A stretch of DNA of 63,610 nt, counting the filler, from Chiloscyllium plagiosum (lineage: Eukaryota): NCBI RefSeq assembly GCF_004010195.1. It is 4 parts of one record of this genome, joined end to end, with 100 filler letters (N's around TTAATTAATTAA, not from the genome) between each part and the next. Parts side by side here need not be neighbours in the genome. Positions count along the whole stretch, not along the records: positions 11,645 to 42,894 come from NC_057713.1; 3 more parts are not named here. The stretch is one strand, 5' to 3'. Both the position numbers and the translations under genes were made by a program. The notes under the pieces were generated by a model. The model was given only the letters and a program-made list of their open reading frames with translations. It did no database searches and was not told the origin of the DNA. Positions 23,129 through 34,560 of this stretch are shown piece by piece (the stretch's first letter is position 1; the number at the start of each line of letters is the position of its first letter).

Positions 23129-24080
23129 CTGGATGTAGGCTTGCTCGCTGAGCTAGAGGATTCATTTTCAGACGTTTCATCACCATCATCTTCAGTGGGT
23201 CTCCAGATGAAGCACTGGTGTGTAGCCCGCTTTCTATTTATATGTTTGGGTTTCCTTGGTGATGTCATTTCCTGTGGTGACATAATTTCCTATGGTGATG
23301 TTATTTCCTGTTCCTTTCCTCGGGGAGTGGTAGATGGGGTCTAACTCGATGTGTTTGTTGATGGAGTTCCAGTTGGAATGCCATGCTTCTAGGAATTCTC
23401 ATGCATGTCTCTGTTTGGCTTGTCCTAGGATGGATGTGTTGCCCCAGTCGAAGTGGTGTCCTTCCTCATCAATATGTAAGGATACTAGTGAGAGAGGGTC
23501 ATGTCTTTTTGTGGTTAGTTGATGTTCATGTATCCTGGTGGCTAGTTTTCTGCCTGTTTATCCAATGTAGTGTTTGTTACAGTCCTTGCACAGTATTTTG
23601 TAAATGACATTAGTTTTGCTTGTTGTCTGTATAGAGTCTTTCAAGTTCATTAGCTGCTGTTTCAGTGTGTTGGTCGTTTTGTGGGCTACCAAGATGCCAA
23701 GAGGTCTGAATAGTCTGGCAGAAAACTTTAGGAAACTCAAACATATAAATAGAAAGTGGGCTACGCCACTAATGCTTTATTCAGAAGCTCACTGAAGCTG
23801 TTACCTAGTATGGTGACTAAACATCTGAAAATGAACCTTCCAGCTCAGCGAGCAAACCTACATCCAGAACCTCAACCTGAGCTACAAATCTTCTCAAAAC
23901 TCACCAATGCATGAATATAAATAGAAAGTGAGCTACACCACCAGTGCTTCATCCGGAGGCTCATTGAAGATATTACCGAGTATGGTGACGAAACGTCAGA
24001 AAACGAACCTTCCAGCTCAGCAAGAACATCTTAGATCCAGAAACTCAACCTGAGCTACAAATCTTCACAAAGCTCACTAA
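23129..24080. mobile_element. Penelope (Poseidon-like) insertion: inverted GIY-YIG segment (23129-23720, minus) plus two tandem pLTRs (23735-24080, plus)
   Basis: Minus ORF NVIYKILCKDCNKHYIG. Plus-strand repeat ATATAAATAGAAAGTG..CTGAGCTACAAATCTTC occurs twice with ~172-bp period, each copy with a degenerate hammerhead core. Confidence 0.9.
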
Positions 24081-24081
24081 T

Positions 24082-25010
24082 TCACACACTCTTTCTCACA
24101 CACTCACACACACAGTCTCTCTCTCTCACACACACACACACTCATATACACAGTCTCTCTCTCTCATATATATAAACACACACACACTCCTTGTCTCACA
24201 CACACACTGTCTCTTTCATACACACACGAAGTCTCTCTCTCTCACACACACTTACACTGCCTCTCTCTCTCACACATACACAATCTGTCTCTCTCACATA
24301 TATNNNNNNNNNNNNNNNNNNNNNNNNNNNNNNNNNNNNNNNNNNNNNNNNNNNNNNNNNNNNNNNNNNNNNNNNNNNNNNNNNNNNNNNNNNNNNNNNN
24401 NNNNNNNNNNNNNNNNNNNNNNNNNNNNNNNNNNNNNNNNNNNNNNNNNNNNNNNNNNNNNNNNNNNNNNNNNNNNNNNNNNNNNNNNNNNNNNNNNNNN
24501 NNNNNNNNNNNNNNNNNNNNNNNNNNNNNNNNNNNNNNNNNNNNNNNNNNNNNNNNNNNNNNNNNNNNNNNNNNNNNNNNNNNNNNNNNNNNNNNNNNNN
24601 NNNNNNNNNNNNNNNNNNNNNNNNNNNNNNNNNNNNNNNNNNNNNNNNNNNNNNNNNNNNNNNNNNNNNNNNNNNNNNNNNNNNNNNNNNNNNNNNNNNN
24701 NNNNNNNNNNNNNNNNNNNNNNNNNNNNNNNNNNNNNNNNNNNNNNNNNNNNNNNNNNNNNNNNNNNNNNNNNNNNNNNNNNNNNNNNNNNNNNNNNNNN
24801 NNNNNNNNNNNNNNNNNNNNNNNNNNNNNNNNNNNNNNNNNNNNNNNNNNNNNNNNNNNNNNGAGTGAGTTGTGTGTGTGTGTGAGTAAGTGTGTGTGTG
24901 CGTGTATGAGTGAGTTGTGTGTGTGTGTGTGAGTGTGTGTGTGTGAGTAAGTGTGTGTGTGTGAGTGTGTGTGTGAGTGTGTGTATGTGTGAGCGTGTGA
25001 GAGAGAGAAG
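24082..25010. repeat. (CA)/(CT) compound microsatellite spanning an N gap (24304-24862)
   Basis: CA/CT-rich left of the gap, TG/GA-rich right of it. Confidence 0.9.
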
Positions 25011-26252
25011 TGCGAGTCCCAGGCTTGTCCATGGTGTGGGTGAGGTAGGAGGCTGTGAGACGGGGTCAGTTGTCCACCCAAGGGGCAGTATAAGAGTTGT
25101 ACACCCAGGGCGAGGGCTGAGGATGGGATGTTTGCTGAGTGGTGTCAATGTGTGTGATTGAGTGTTCAATGGCATATCTGTGTTTGCAATATTATCATGA
25201 GCCAAGAATTAGAGCCAGTTTTAACACCATGTAGATGTGCCAGGAGCCCAGTGCACCTGGACTTCCCAGATATCCTCAGACGGAATCTCTCAACATATGA
25301 TCTCCAATTATCCAAAGACCAGAAGATTCCTATCAATGACCTTCCTTTCCAGGGGCCATCCCACTGTAGAACAATCTGCCAATGGGATCAGACATAGCCC
25401 TACAATGCTAAAACCTCCAGAATCCTCAGGTTATTTCCAAGCAAAGGCTTTTATTGCCAGGACTACCACCTTAGCAGGCCAGACCTGGGTCAGCTAGAAT
25501 TTTGATGAAAGACAGATAATAATTCTCTTGATTAACACAAGAGTCAAAGGTCATCGGGGGGAAGCAGACTCGAGGGGCTGAACGGCCTTCTCCTGTTCTT
25601 AGTTCCTCTGTTTACAATCTGTGATCCCAACACTGCGTAAGCAAATATTGAAGTGGCAGTGTGCTGTGCTGAGTAAAACGGAGAGATTTCTCAATTAAAC
25701 CATTTTATAGTGGATTAAATGTTTGTGCACATGCAAACTTACATCACTCATGTAAATTCATAAATCTTTATACAGATTTCATTGAGTGGATTAAGAGACA
25801 ATAAGCAGTTCTTTCACAGCAACCAATGCATGTTAAATGGCAGTAAACATGTCACATTTTATTTTCACACTTAACCTCATTCTAATTAATCCATGAGCAA
25901 AGCTTATGACCATTAGAGAGAACGCTCCCAAAGCAGTCCCCATCCCTTCACTAGCCACAGCTTGACGATCTCATAAACCCCATATGTAACCAGCTAATGC
26001 TTACCTCACAGCAGAGCGCTGAGTTCATCACTTAATTCCAGTCTCCATCCAGCGTCACTATGGCAACATGGGTTTCGAATCGTTAAGCCCAAGGAAAATG
26101 TATCATGCAACATGGAGGTGGTGCCACCATGTTGTTCTATGGGGTTGTGTTGCTTGTCCCTGTCACATCCCCACAGATCTAATGTCTGAGATCTTCTCAT
26201 AGAATCCCTACAGCATCTCAACTGTTTCTCATGGCTCATCCTGGGAATAAGG

Positions 26253-26525
26253 ATGGTACAGGTGGTTCAGTGGTTAGCACTGCCGCTTCACAGCGCCAGG
26301 GACACAGGTTCAATCCCACCCTTGGGCCACTGTCCATGTGGAGTTTCCTTCCACAGTCCAAAGATATGCAGGTTCGGTGGATTGGCCATAGTGTCCAGGG
26401 TTGTGCAGGTTAGAAGGGTTTGCCATGGGAAATGCAGGGTTACAGCAATGGAATGGGGTGGGTCTGGGTGGGGTCCTCTTTGGTATGGGCCCAATAGCCT
26501 ACTTCCACACTGTAGGGATTCTATG
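26253..26525 (+). mobile_element. HE1-like V-SINE with internal deletions
   Basis: GGTGGTTCAGTGGTTAGCACTGCC..GGTTCAATCCC head and CCACACTGTAGGGATTCTATG tail. Confidence 0.8.
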
Positions 26526-26599
26526 AGAAGATCTCACACATTAGATGCCGATGGGGTCTTGAGAGGGTGAATGTGGACAATGATAGAGTTTGATTATTT

Positions 26600-27990
26600 T
26601 TCAAGTCTATCGGTTAGATGGGCAGATCAGCGGCAGATGGAACTTAACCCTGATAACTGCGAGGTAATGCACTTTGGAGAAAGCAATAAGACAAGGGATG
26701 GTAGGACACCAGGGAGCTCAGAGGGATCTTGGAATGCTTGTCAACACGTCTCTGAGGATAGCAAACAGGATAAGAGGGTCGTTAAGAAGACAAATGTATC
26801 ATTTGCCCTTATCAGTGATTACATGGATTATACGAGCAGGAAGGTTATGTTGGAGATGTATAGGATTTTGGTGAGGCCACAACTGGAGTACTGTGGTTCT
26901 GGTCCCCAAACTGTAGAAAGGATGTGACTGCACTGGAGGGGGTGCAGAGAGAGATACCCCAGGATGCTGCCTATGATGGAACATCTCATTGATAGAGAGA
27001 GGCTGGATAATCTTAGGCTGTTTTCTTTGGAGCAGAGAATGTTGTTGGGGGGGGAGCCTGATAGAGAGACATAAGATTATGAGGGGCATGGACAGGGTGG
27101 GGATAGAAAGCAGCTGTTCTCCTTAGTGAAAGAGTCAGTAGCAAAGGGATATCACTTTTAAACCAAAAGGCAAGAGATGTAGAGGAGATTTGAGGAAAAT
27201 TGTTTTCCCCCAGATGGTGGTTAGGGTGTGGAACACGCTGCTGGGGAGGGGCTGAGGCAGGAAACCACACCACTTTTAAAAAGCACTTGGATGTGCACCT
27301 GAAGTGTCAGAACATTTAACACTATGGGTCTAGTGCAGGACTAATGTAGGGAGCAGTACTGTCGGATTCCATGATTCTATGATGATTCTAAGATGTTCCC
27401 TATTACAGGAGAACCTAGAACTAAGTCACAGCTGAGGTGGGTTTCTTTTTCTCACAGAGGGTTTGAGCCTTTGGAAGTCTCTCTTCCTCAAAAGAAGGTG
27501 GAAATTGAGACTGAATATTTTTGAGGCCGAGATGGATAGATTCCTGATCAGCAAGGTCGGGTGGAGATTATTTGGGGTTGGCGGGAATGTGGAGTAATCA
27601 GATCAGACGTGATCTTATTGAATAACGAAGGAAGTTCAAAGTGCTGAGTGGTCTGCTCTTGCTCTTCGTTCCCAGAGCCTTTTGCTTCCTTCACTTGGTT
27701 TCACCAGTGTGGGTTCCTGGGAATGAGAGACTTCTGTTTGGTTTACAGGTTGGTGAAGCTGCGAGGGGTGGGCAGATAACAGAGGTGTGCAAAATCAGGA
27801 GGGGTCTGTGCGGAAGAGGTCGGGAGATACTGTTCCCATTGCTGGAAAGGTGAAGGGCTAGAGAGCACTGACCTAAGGCCGTGGGCAAAAGAGATACAAG
27901 GAAAACTGTCCAACCCAGGGAATTAACAATTGGAGATTAAAACAAGCACGCAAAGAGCAAAATGACATCAGGAGAAAGGGCAGAGGGGAG
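26600..27990 (+). mobile_element. CR1 LINE 3' fragments
   Basis: RWADQRQMELNPDNCEVMHFG and LVRPQLEYC motifs with tails. Confidence 0.8.
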
Positions 27991-28008
27991 GGAGGATCAA
28001 GCTGCATT

Positions 28009-28222
28009 AGGAGAAAGTGAGGACTGCAGATGCTGGAGATCAGAGTTGAGAGTGTGGTGCTGGAAAAGCACGGCAGGTCAGAATCTCCTGAGGAGCAGGA
28101 GATTCGACATTTCGAGCATAAGCACTTCCTGATACAGAGCTTATGCCCGAAACGTCGATTCTCCTGCTCCTCGGATGCTACCTGACCTACTGTGCTTTTC
28201 CAGTACCACACTCACAACAACG
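28009..28222. mobile_element. Palindromic PLE pLTR (family A) insertion
   Basis: TSD AGCTGCATT at 28000-28008 and 28223-28231; arms invert at about 28125, within a degenerate hammerhead core. Confidence 0.8.
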
Positions 28223-28684
28223 AGCTGCATTGCTCTGGTAATGAGGTTGCATGGACGTGATGGGTTAAGTTTTCTCTTTCTGTGTCGCGGCTAGAAGTCT
28301 ATAATTCTGACACAGATTTAGTACAAAGGGTTGTTCCTGAACTATATGCTTCCTGAGGACTGCAGTGTGACTGATTCTGAATTCCATAACCGTTCTAAGC
28401 AGTGACTTAGTGACGAACATCACACTCGGTTGATAAAATCCATTCCATTTCTCTTCCATTGAATGTGGTTCTCAACACCTCAGAGACACAGGATCATGAC
28501 ACTGTGATTGAAGGAAAGAAAGTTTGAAGGGCTCACCCTTTGTGAGAAAATGATTCTCCATATTTCTTTCTAAAATGGATGACCTTTTTATTATTTACTC
28601 ACAAGATGAGGGCGTCACTGGCTCAGCCAACGTTTATTTCCCATCTGTAATTGGCCAGAGGGTAGCTAAGAGTCAACCACATTT

Positions 28685-29290
28685 AGAATCATATAGATGT
28701 ACAGCATGGAAACAGACCATTTGGTCCAACTTGTCCATGCTGACCAGATATCCCAACCCAATCTAGTTCCATTTGCCAGCATTTTACCTATATCCCTCTA
28801 AACCCTTCTTATTCATGCACCCATCCTGATGCCTTTTAAATGTTGTAACTATACTCACCTCTGCCACTTCCTCTGGCAGCTCATTCCATACATGTACCAC
28901 TCTCTGCGTGAAAACATTGCCTCTTAGCTCACTTTTAAATCTTTCCCTTCTCACCCTGAACCTATGCCCTCTAGTTTTGGACTCTCCCACCCAGGGGAAA
29001 AGACCTTGCCTAATCACCCTATCCATGTCCCACATAATTTTATAGACCTCTATAAGGTCACCCCTCAGCCTCCGATATTCCAGGGAAAATAGCCCAAGCC
29101 TGTTCAGCCTCTCCCTATAGTTCAAACCCGCTTCCCCAGGCAACATGCTTGTAAATCTTTTCTGAACCCTTTCAAGTTTCACAACATCCTTCCTACAGCA
29201 AGACCAGAATTACATGCACTATTCTAGTAGTGGTCTAACCAATGTCCTGTACAGCCGCAACATGACCTCTCAGCTCCTATACTCAATGCT
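28685..29290 (-). mobile_element. CR1 (HER1-like) 3' part
   Basis: ORF 28784-29182 LERVQKRFT..RRLRGDLIEVYKIM..WNELPEEV. Confidence 0.92.
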
Positions 29291-30839
29291 TCTGTGGGTC
29301 AGGAGTATAAGCCAGACCAGGTAAGGATGGAGTTTCCTTCCCTAAAGGACATTTTTGAACCAGGTGGGTTTTTTTCCAACTATTGACAACAGCTTTATAG
29401 GCGATAAGGTGAGGTGCTGGATAAAGCAGAGCAGGTCAGGCAGCATCTGAAGAACAAGAGAGTCAACGTTTCAGGCTTAACCCATCATCAGTACTGTTTT
29501 CAACACCACACTTTATCAACTGTGACTCTCCAGCATCTGCAGTCCTCATATCTCCGAATGACTTTGTAGTCATCATTAGATTCTTACTGGACTCGAACCC
29601 CAGTTCCCCGATCATGATCGGATCAACAGTCCAACAATAATGCCATGAGAGCACGTCTGCCCTGATTCATGACTCTCCCACAGGTAATAAGTTTTTAAAT
29701 ATTTTTCTGTGTTTCTTGATTGTGGATCGTCTAAAAACTAAGAATTGTTGAAAGATTGTTGCATTTTTTTAAAGCTCATTGTAAGCACTGTTTACACAGT
29801 TGTCGGTTCCACCAATTAGTTGGTTTGCAACTGAACTGGAACCATGGGTTGTGTACAAATGGAGGTTCACCTGGCACCAAATAGCTGATTGGTTTGTCGA
29901 CTAGTGACCAGTTATTGATAACATTGGCCTTCTGCCTACGAACAACTGATTGGTTCTCAAGTTGCTGGACAGCTAGGAGCTCTGAACAAGATAGGGAAAA
30001 GCCGTCAGATGGCTGGAAGCTCAGCTACTGTTCTTGTTGTCTACATAAAAAAGCACTTTAAGCCGGAAGGGAAGAAGTTTATTGTTGCTTCAGCAGTAAC
30101 TCTAAGCTGTGACTTTTGTGACAACTCCAGGGCTTGACTTCCAATGAGGCGTGACCCTTTCCACACCAAACTTAGCATGTTTCCCAGGTTACCCTTTGCC
30201 CCTTTCTTAATTGTGACGGTGTCACAATTGCGATCCTCCAGTCCCCTGGGACTGATCCTGTATTCAGAGAGGCCTGGAAACATTCTGTCAGTAGCTCTGA
30301 GATCTACACCTTTACCTGTCTCAGCAATCAAGGGTGCATCCCACCTGGATCTAGCAACTTCTCTACCTGGAGTGCTGCCAGCCTTTACAACACCTCTCTA
30401 TAACTCACTATCCTGCTCAATTGTTCAACACCCAGATTTTCAACTGGGCCGTCGTCACCATTTTCTAACATGGTGGAGACAGAAACAAAAGTACTCAGTT
30501 TAGTATCTCTGCAATACCTTTTGCATAAGCGAACAACTTACCCTGCTTGTTCCTTATGGGTACCACTCTATCCTTCACTTGTCTTTTACCCATTAGTATG
30601 TTTGAAGAGCATTTTACTCTTTGTTTTGGCACAGTCTGTTACCCCTTCTTCATGCTTCCTCTTAGTCTTCCTTATTCCAGCCTTAGACTCTCATTTGAGA
30701 TACTCTTCCTGATTGCTATTGCTTTAATATTGCAATATCTATCAAATGTTTGTTTTTCCTTCCATATTTTCTCATCAATACCGTTTATCATCCAGGATAT
30801 TTTAGTTTTGTGTATCCTGTAATTATTTCTCATGGATAT

Positions 30840-31480
30840 TGTTATGGACCAGACCAAATCCCTTCACTAATGTATCAAAGTGATAACCTAGACCCTAACT
30901 TTGATCTTATTGAAAGGTAAGTGTAAGGTGTTCTGTGCCAGGTGTAATTTGATCAGTTACACTGCTCAGCTTTAAGCAAAACACACTTTATCCTTACCCT
31001 ACAGTTAAAATACAAACAAAACAAAGAGGAATTGGTTTAACTTTAACTCTATCAGAAAACTTACCAGAATTGTAGATTGCTAAATAGTTACGTTTAATGA
31101 TATCCCATAAACACACCCTTAGGGCAAAGGCAAATTCAGGAAAGTAGATTGCTTCATATGCAATTGTCCAGTTGAGGCAGAAGGAACATTAAGAGATAAT
31201 TCTGGCAACGAAAGAGAACTCCAGTGTTGTCCTGTTGCAGGGAGAGATGTATGGCAGCTTCAAAATCCCAACAACAGCTGAAAGCTCAACTAAAACCCTG
31301 ATTCTGTGGGAGCTTGACTCCACCCATTCATGCCGCTTCTATTGTTCTAACTTTAAAAAATATCCTAAGGCCTTATCAACTGTTTACTTTATTAGCTTGA
31401 CACTAATGGCTCAAAACCTCTCTTCATAAGGAAAAGAAAACAAGACAAAATACATCTCTTAAAAGCATATTATCATCACA
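30840..31480. mobile_element. Probable solo LTR inserted in CR1
   Basis: TGT...ACA termini with flanks ATAT/TTAT (3 of 4 match); interrupts otherwise CR1-like sequence. Confidence 0.55.
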
Positions 31481-31985
31481 TTATATCCCTAGCTTGCATC
31501 TATTCATCATTCTTTTGAAACTCCCCCACTTTTCATCCATTGTTTTAGTCACCAAAATGCATTTCCAATTACCAGCTCTGTTTCAACTTTTAGACTACTG
31601 CCCTTTCTCAGTGTGGGATTTTAATCCTTAAATTATTATTTTTTAAAATCCTTTTCCAACTTAATATTGGACCTTATTATATTATGATCACTATTTCGCA
31701 ATTCTCCGCCACTTGATGTTCTCCAAAAAACCCGCCTCATTTCCCACGAGCAGGTCCAGCATTGCTTCCTCTCTAGTAGGACTGGAAATGTTCCAGAAAG
31801 TTCTCCTTCATGCTTTTGCAGGAATTTCTCCTCTTCCATGCCTAACACTTTACCTTTTTCCCAGTCAACCCAAGGGGAATTGAAATCACCAACTATCTCA
31901 ATCCTACTTGTCCTACAGGTTTTCATAATCTAACCAAATGCTCTCTTCTATTTCCTCCTGATTATTTTGGAGGTCTGTAATAAAT

Positions 31986-32118
31986 TAGGAGAAAGTGAGG
32001 ACTACAGATGCTGGAGGTCAGAATCTGATTCATGATGAAGGGCTTTTGCCCGCAACGTCAATTCTCCTGCTCCTTGGATGCTGCCTGACCTGCTGTGCTT
32101 TTCCAGCCCCACACTCTC
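31986..32118. mobile_element. PLE pLTR (family A) insertion with inverted 5' arm
   Basis: TSD GGTCTGTAATAAAT at 31972-31985 and 32119-32132; degenerate core ATGATGAAGGGCTTTTGCCCGCAACGTC. Confidence 0.85.
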
Positions 32119-32298
32119 GGTCTGTAATAAATACCGAACAAGGTCACTGCTACCTTCCTGTTTCTCACCTCCAATCAGATAGATTTTAATTCAGGAACTG
32201 CATCACATTCAACAGCAATGAAGAACTTCTCCCTTTTAAACCAAGTTGTTTCTACACAAACCCTTTGATGTTAAGTATCCAATCCTGTTCTGGCTTGA

Positions 32299-32522
32299 AG
32301 CAAGTGCAGGCAGCAGATGCTGGAGATCCGAGTTGAGAGTGCTGTGCTGGAAAAGCACAGCAGGTCAAGCAGCATCCGAGGAGCAGGAGAGTCGACATTT
32401 TGAGCATTATTCCTTCATCAGACATTCCTGCTGAAGACCTTATGCTTGAACTGTTGACTCTCCTGCTCCTCGGATGCTGCCTGACCTGCTGTGCTTTTCC
32501 AGCACCACACTCTCAACTCTGA
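32299..32522. mobile_element. Palindromic PLE pLTR (family A) insertion
   Basis: TSD TCTGGCTTGA at 32289-32298 and 32523-32532; arms invert at about 32424. Confidence 0.8.
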
Positions 32523-33783
32523 TCTGGCTTGAGCCATGTTTCTGCCAAAATCAAAAACTAACCACGATTGATCAAAAATGTGGGTTTTTTTTGTAAAAAT
32601 GAATATCTGCCAAGAGAAATCTATTTTTCCCTTTTCACATGGTATATGTTTTAGATTGTTTAGAGGGGCAAACACCTTACTTGTTAATTTTACAAACTGT
32701 GTGTGTTCACCTTTGGAACAGGTTCTGTTTTATAATCAATCCATAGTTTAGAGTTAATTAAGGAAAGAGTTAATTGGTCTCTTTGTTCCTAGCAAAGTGT
32801 ATAATAGGCCATGTCAAGAACAGTTAAAACAATTACAGTTATATTATGATCTGTGTCATCGTGAGAGTTGAGAGATGATGAACTCCTCCAGGTTCAGTCT
32901 TAATCCTGTGGAGAGAGAAACAGAGTTCACATTTCAAGTCCGAAATCCTGTGTTATCTCTCTTCCCATAGATGCTGCCAGACCTGCTGAGTTTCTCCAGC
33001 ATTTTCAGTTTTCATTTTAGATTTCCAGTGTCAGCAGCATTTTGCATTTGTTATTGGCTATAACTCTGGCCTTTTTGAAAATGTTCTTCAGTTGTCACTT
33101 TCTGCACATTTTCCAATTCACTTCAGGAAAGAAAATTTCTGTTGAATCTGCTTTCACGGCACTGTCAGGCAGCACATTTCCAATTGGAACAACTCGCTGC
33201 GTGAAAGTATTCCTCCGTCTCCCCTATCTGATTCAAAGCCAAATTATCTTAAAGCAATAGCAGCAATTGCCTCCTCAAACTGTAATTTTCCATGCAGCCA
33301 TTTTGTCTTCACACACCATCAGCTCGGATCAAGACACAATTCAAAGTCCTTATTAGAAATTTAAGCACAAAGATTATCAATTGAACTTCAAACTTTGCTA
33401 CAGACTCTATACAATGTTTGAGATGCAAGGCATCTTCCAGATGGTTGGATTACTGCTGCCAAACTGCAAAATTAGCAGCTTGACACAATATGTTAGGTAT
33501 TAGAGACACAGCAAGAGGATGCACACATTATGCAGATCCTCAAAGATATGATTATTATCAACGAGGCTATCCACCCAGATCAATTCAAACCTCCATCCTA
33601 TGCCATTAGGTTTGGTGTACTCTGAAAATGTAAAGCTAGTCGAAGTATATCAAGAGTTGCGAGGATAAATATCGTGTGAGTGGAAAGTTGGCACAATGGC
33701 CTGGGGTCTTAGTAATGACACAGGAGCCTAGTGAGCGGAACTGAAAGGGTATACAGACAGGATGGAGTCTGAGCTTGGTGGAG

Positions 33784-34014
33784 AAGGAGATGACAAAGAG
33801 AGAGGAAAGGCAACGTGGAGCTTTCTTTTTAATCACTCATGGGAACGTGGGTGTCACTAGCTGGACCAACATTTATTGCCTGTCTCTAGTTACACTTGAG
33901 AAGACCATAAAAGGAGATGACAAAGAGAGAGGAAAGGCAACGTGGAGCTTTCTTTTTAATCACTCATGGGAACGTGGGTGTCACTAGCTGGACCAACACT
34001 TGAGAAGACCATAA
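33784..34014. repeat. Local tandem duplication (127 bp plus a 104-bp copy with a 23-bp deletion)
   Basis: AAGGAGATGACAAAGAGAGAGG... starts at both 33784 and 33911. Confidence 0.9.
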
Positions 34015-34262
34015 GACAATAAGACATATGAGCAGAAGTTAGGCCATTCAGCCCATCAAGTCTGCTCCGCCATTCAATCTTAGAATAGGATAAAAGGTCA
34101 GCACAACGTCGAGGGCCGAAGGGCCTGTATTGGGCTGTACTGTTCTATGTTCAATAACGATTGATACATTTCTCAACCCCATTTTCCCACTTTCTCCCCG
34201 TAACCCTTGACAACCAAGAACCTATCCATCTTGTCTTAAATATGGCCAACGACTTGACCTCC

Positions 34263-34560
34263 ATGATGTGGAGGAGTCAGTGTTGGACTGGGGTGTACAA
34301 AGTTAAAAATCCCACAATGTCAGGTTATAGTCCAACAGGTTTATTTGGAAACACTAGCCTTTGAAGCGCTGCTCCTTCATCAGGTGGTTGTGGAGAATAA
34401 GAACGTGGGACACAGAATTTATAGGAAAAGTTTACAGAGTGATGCAACTGAAATTATACATTGAAAAAGACCTGGACTGTTTAAGCCTCTCATCTTTTAG
34501 AATAGGCATATTGGTTTCCATTCTTTCATCGAGTATAGACCCAGGGTCTTTAAACGTTCC
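34263..34560 (-). mobile_element. PLE pLTR (family B) with degenerate hammerhead core
   Basis: Reverse complement of 8150-8268; minus strand CUGAUGA-A-GGAGC agc GCUUC-AAAGGCUA. Confidence 0.7.

Larger units (their letters stand above)
30175..32290 (-). mobile_element. Old CR1 ORF2 (endonuclease and linker) remnant with nested insertions
   Basis: IVGDFNSP.VDW and SDHNII motifs (31636-31926). Confidence 0.7.

Noticed and set aside
24191..25205. ORFs of 225-303 aa
   Set aside because: They consist of N-gap and dinucleotide microsatellite sequence.
29680..30170. CCAAT/ATTGG-rich segment, possibly an LTR or promoter
   Set aside because: No clear termini, TSD or second copy in the window to define it.
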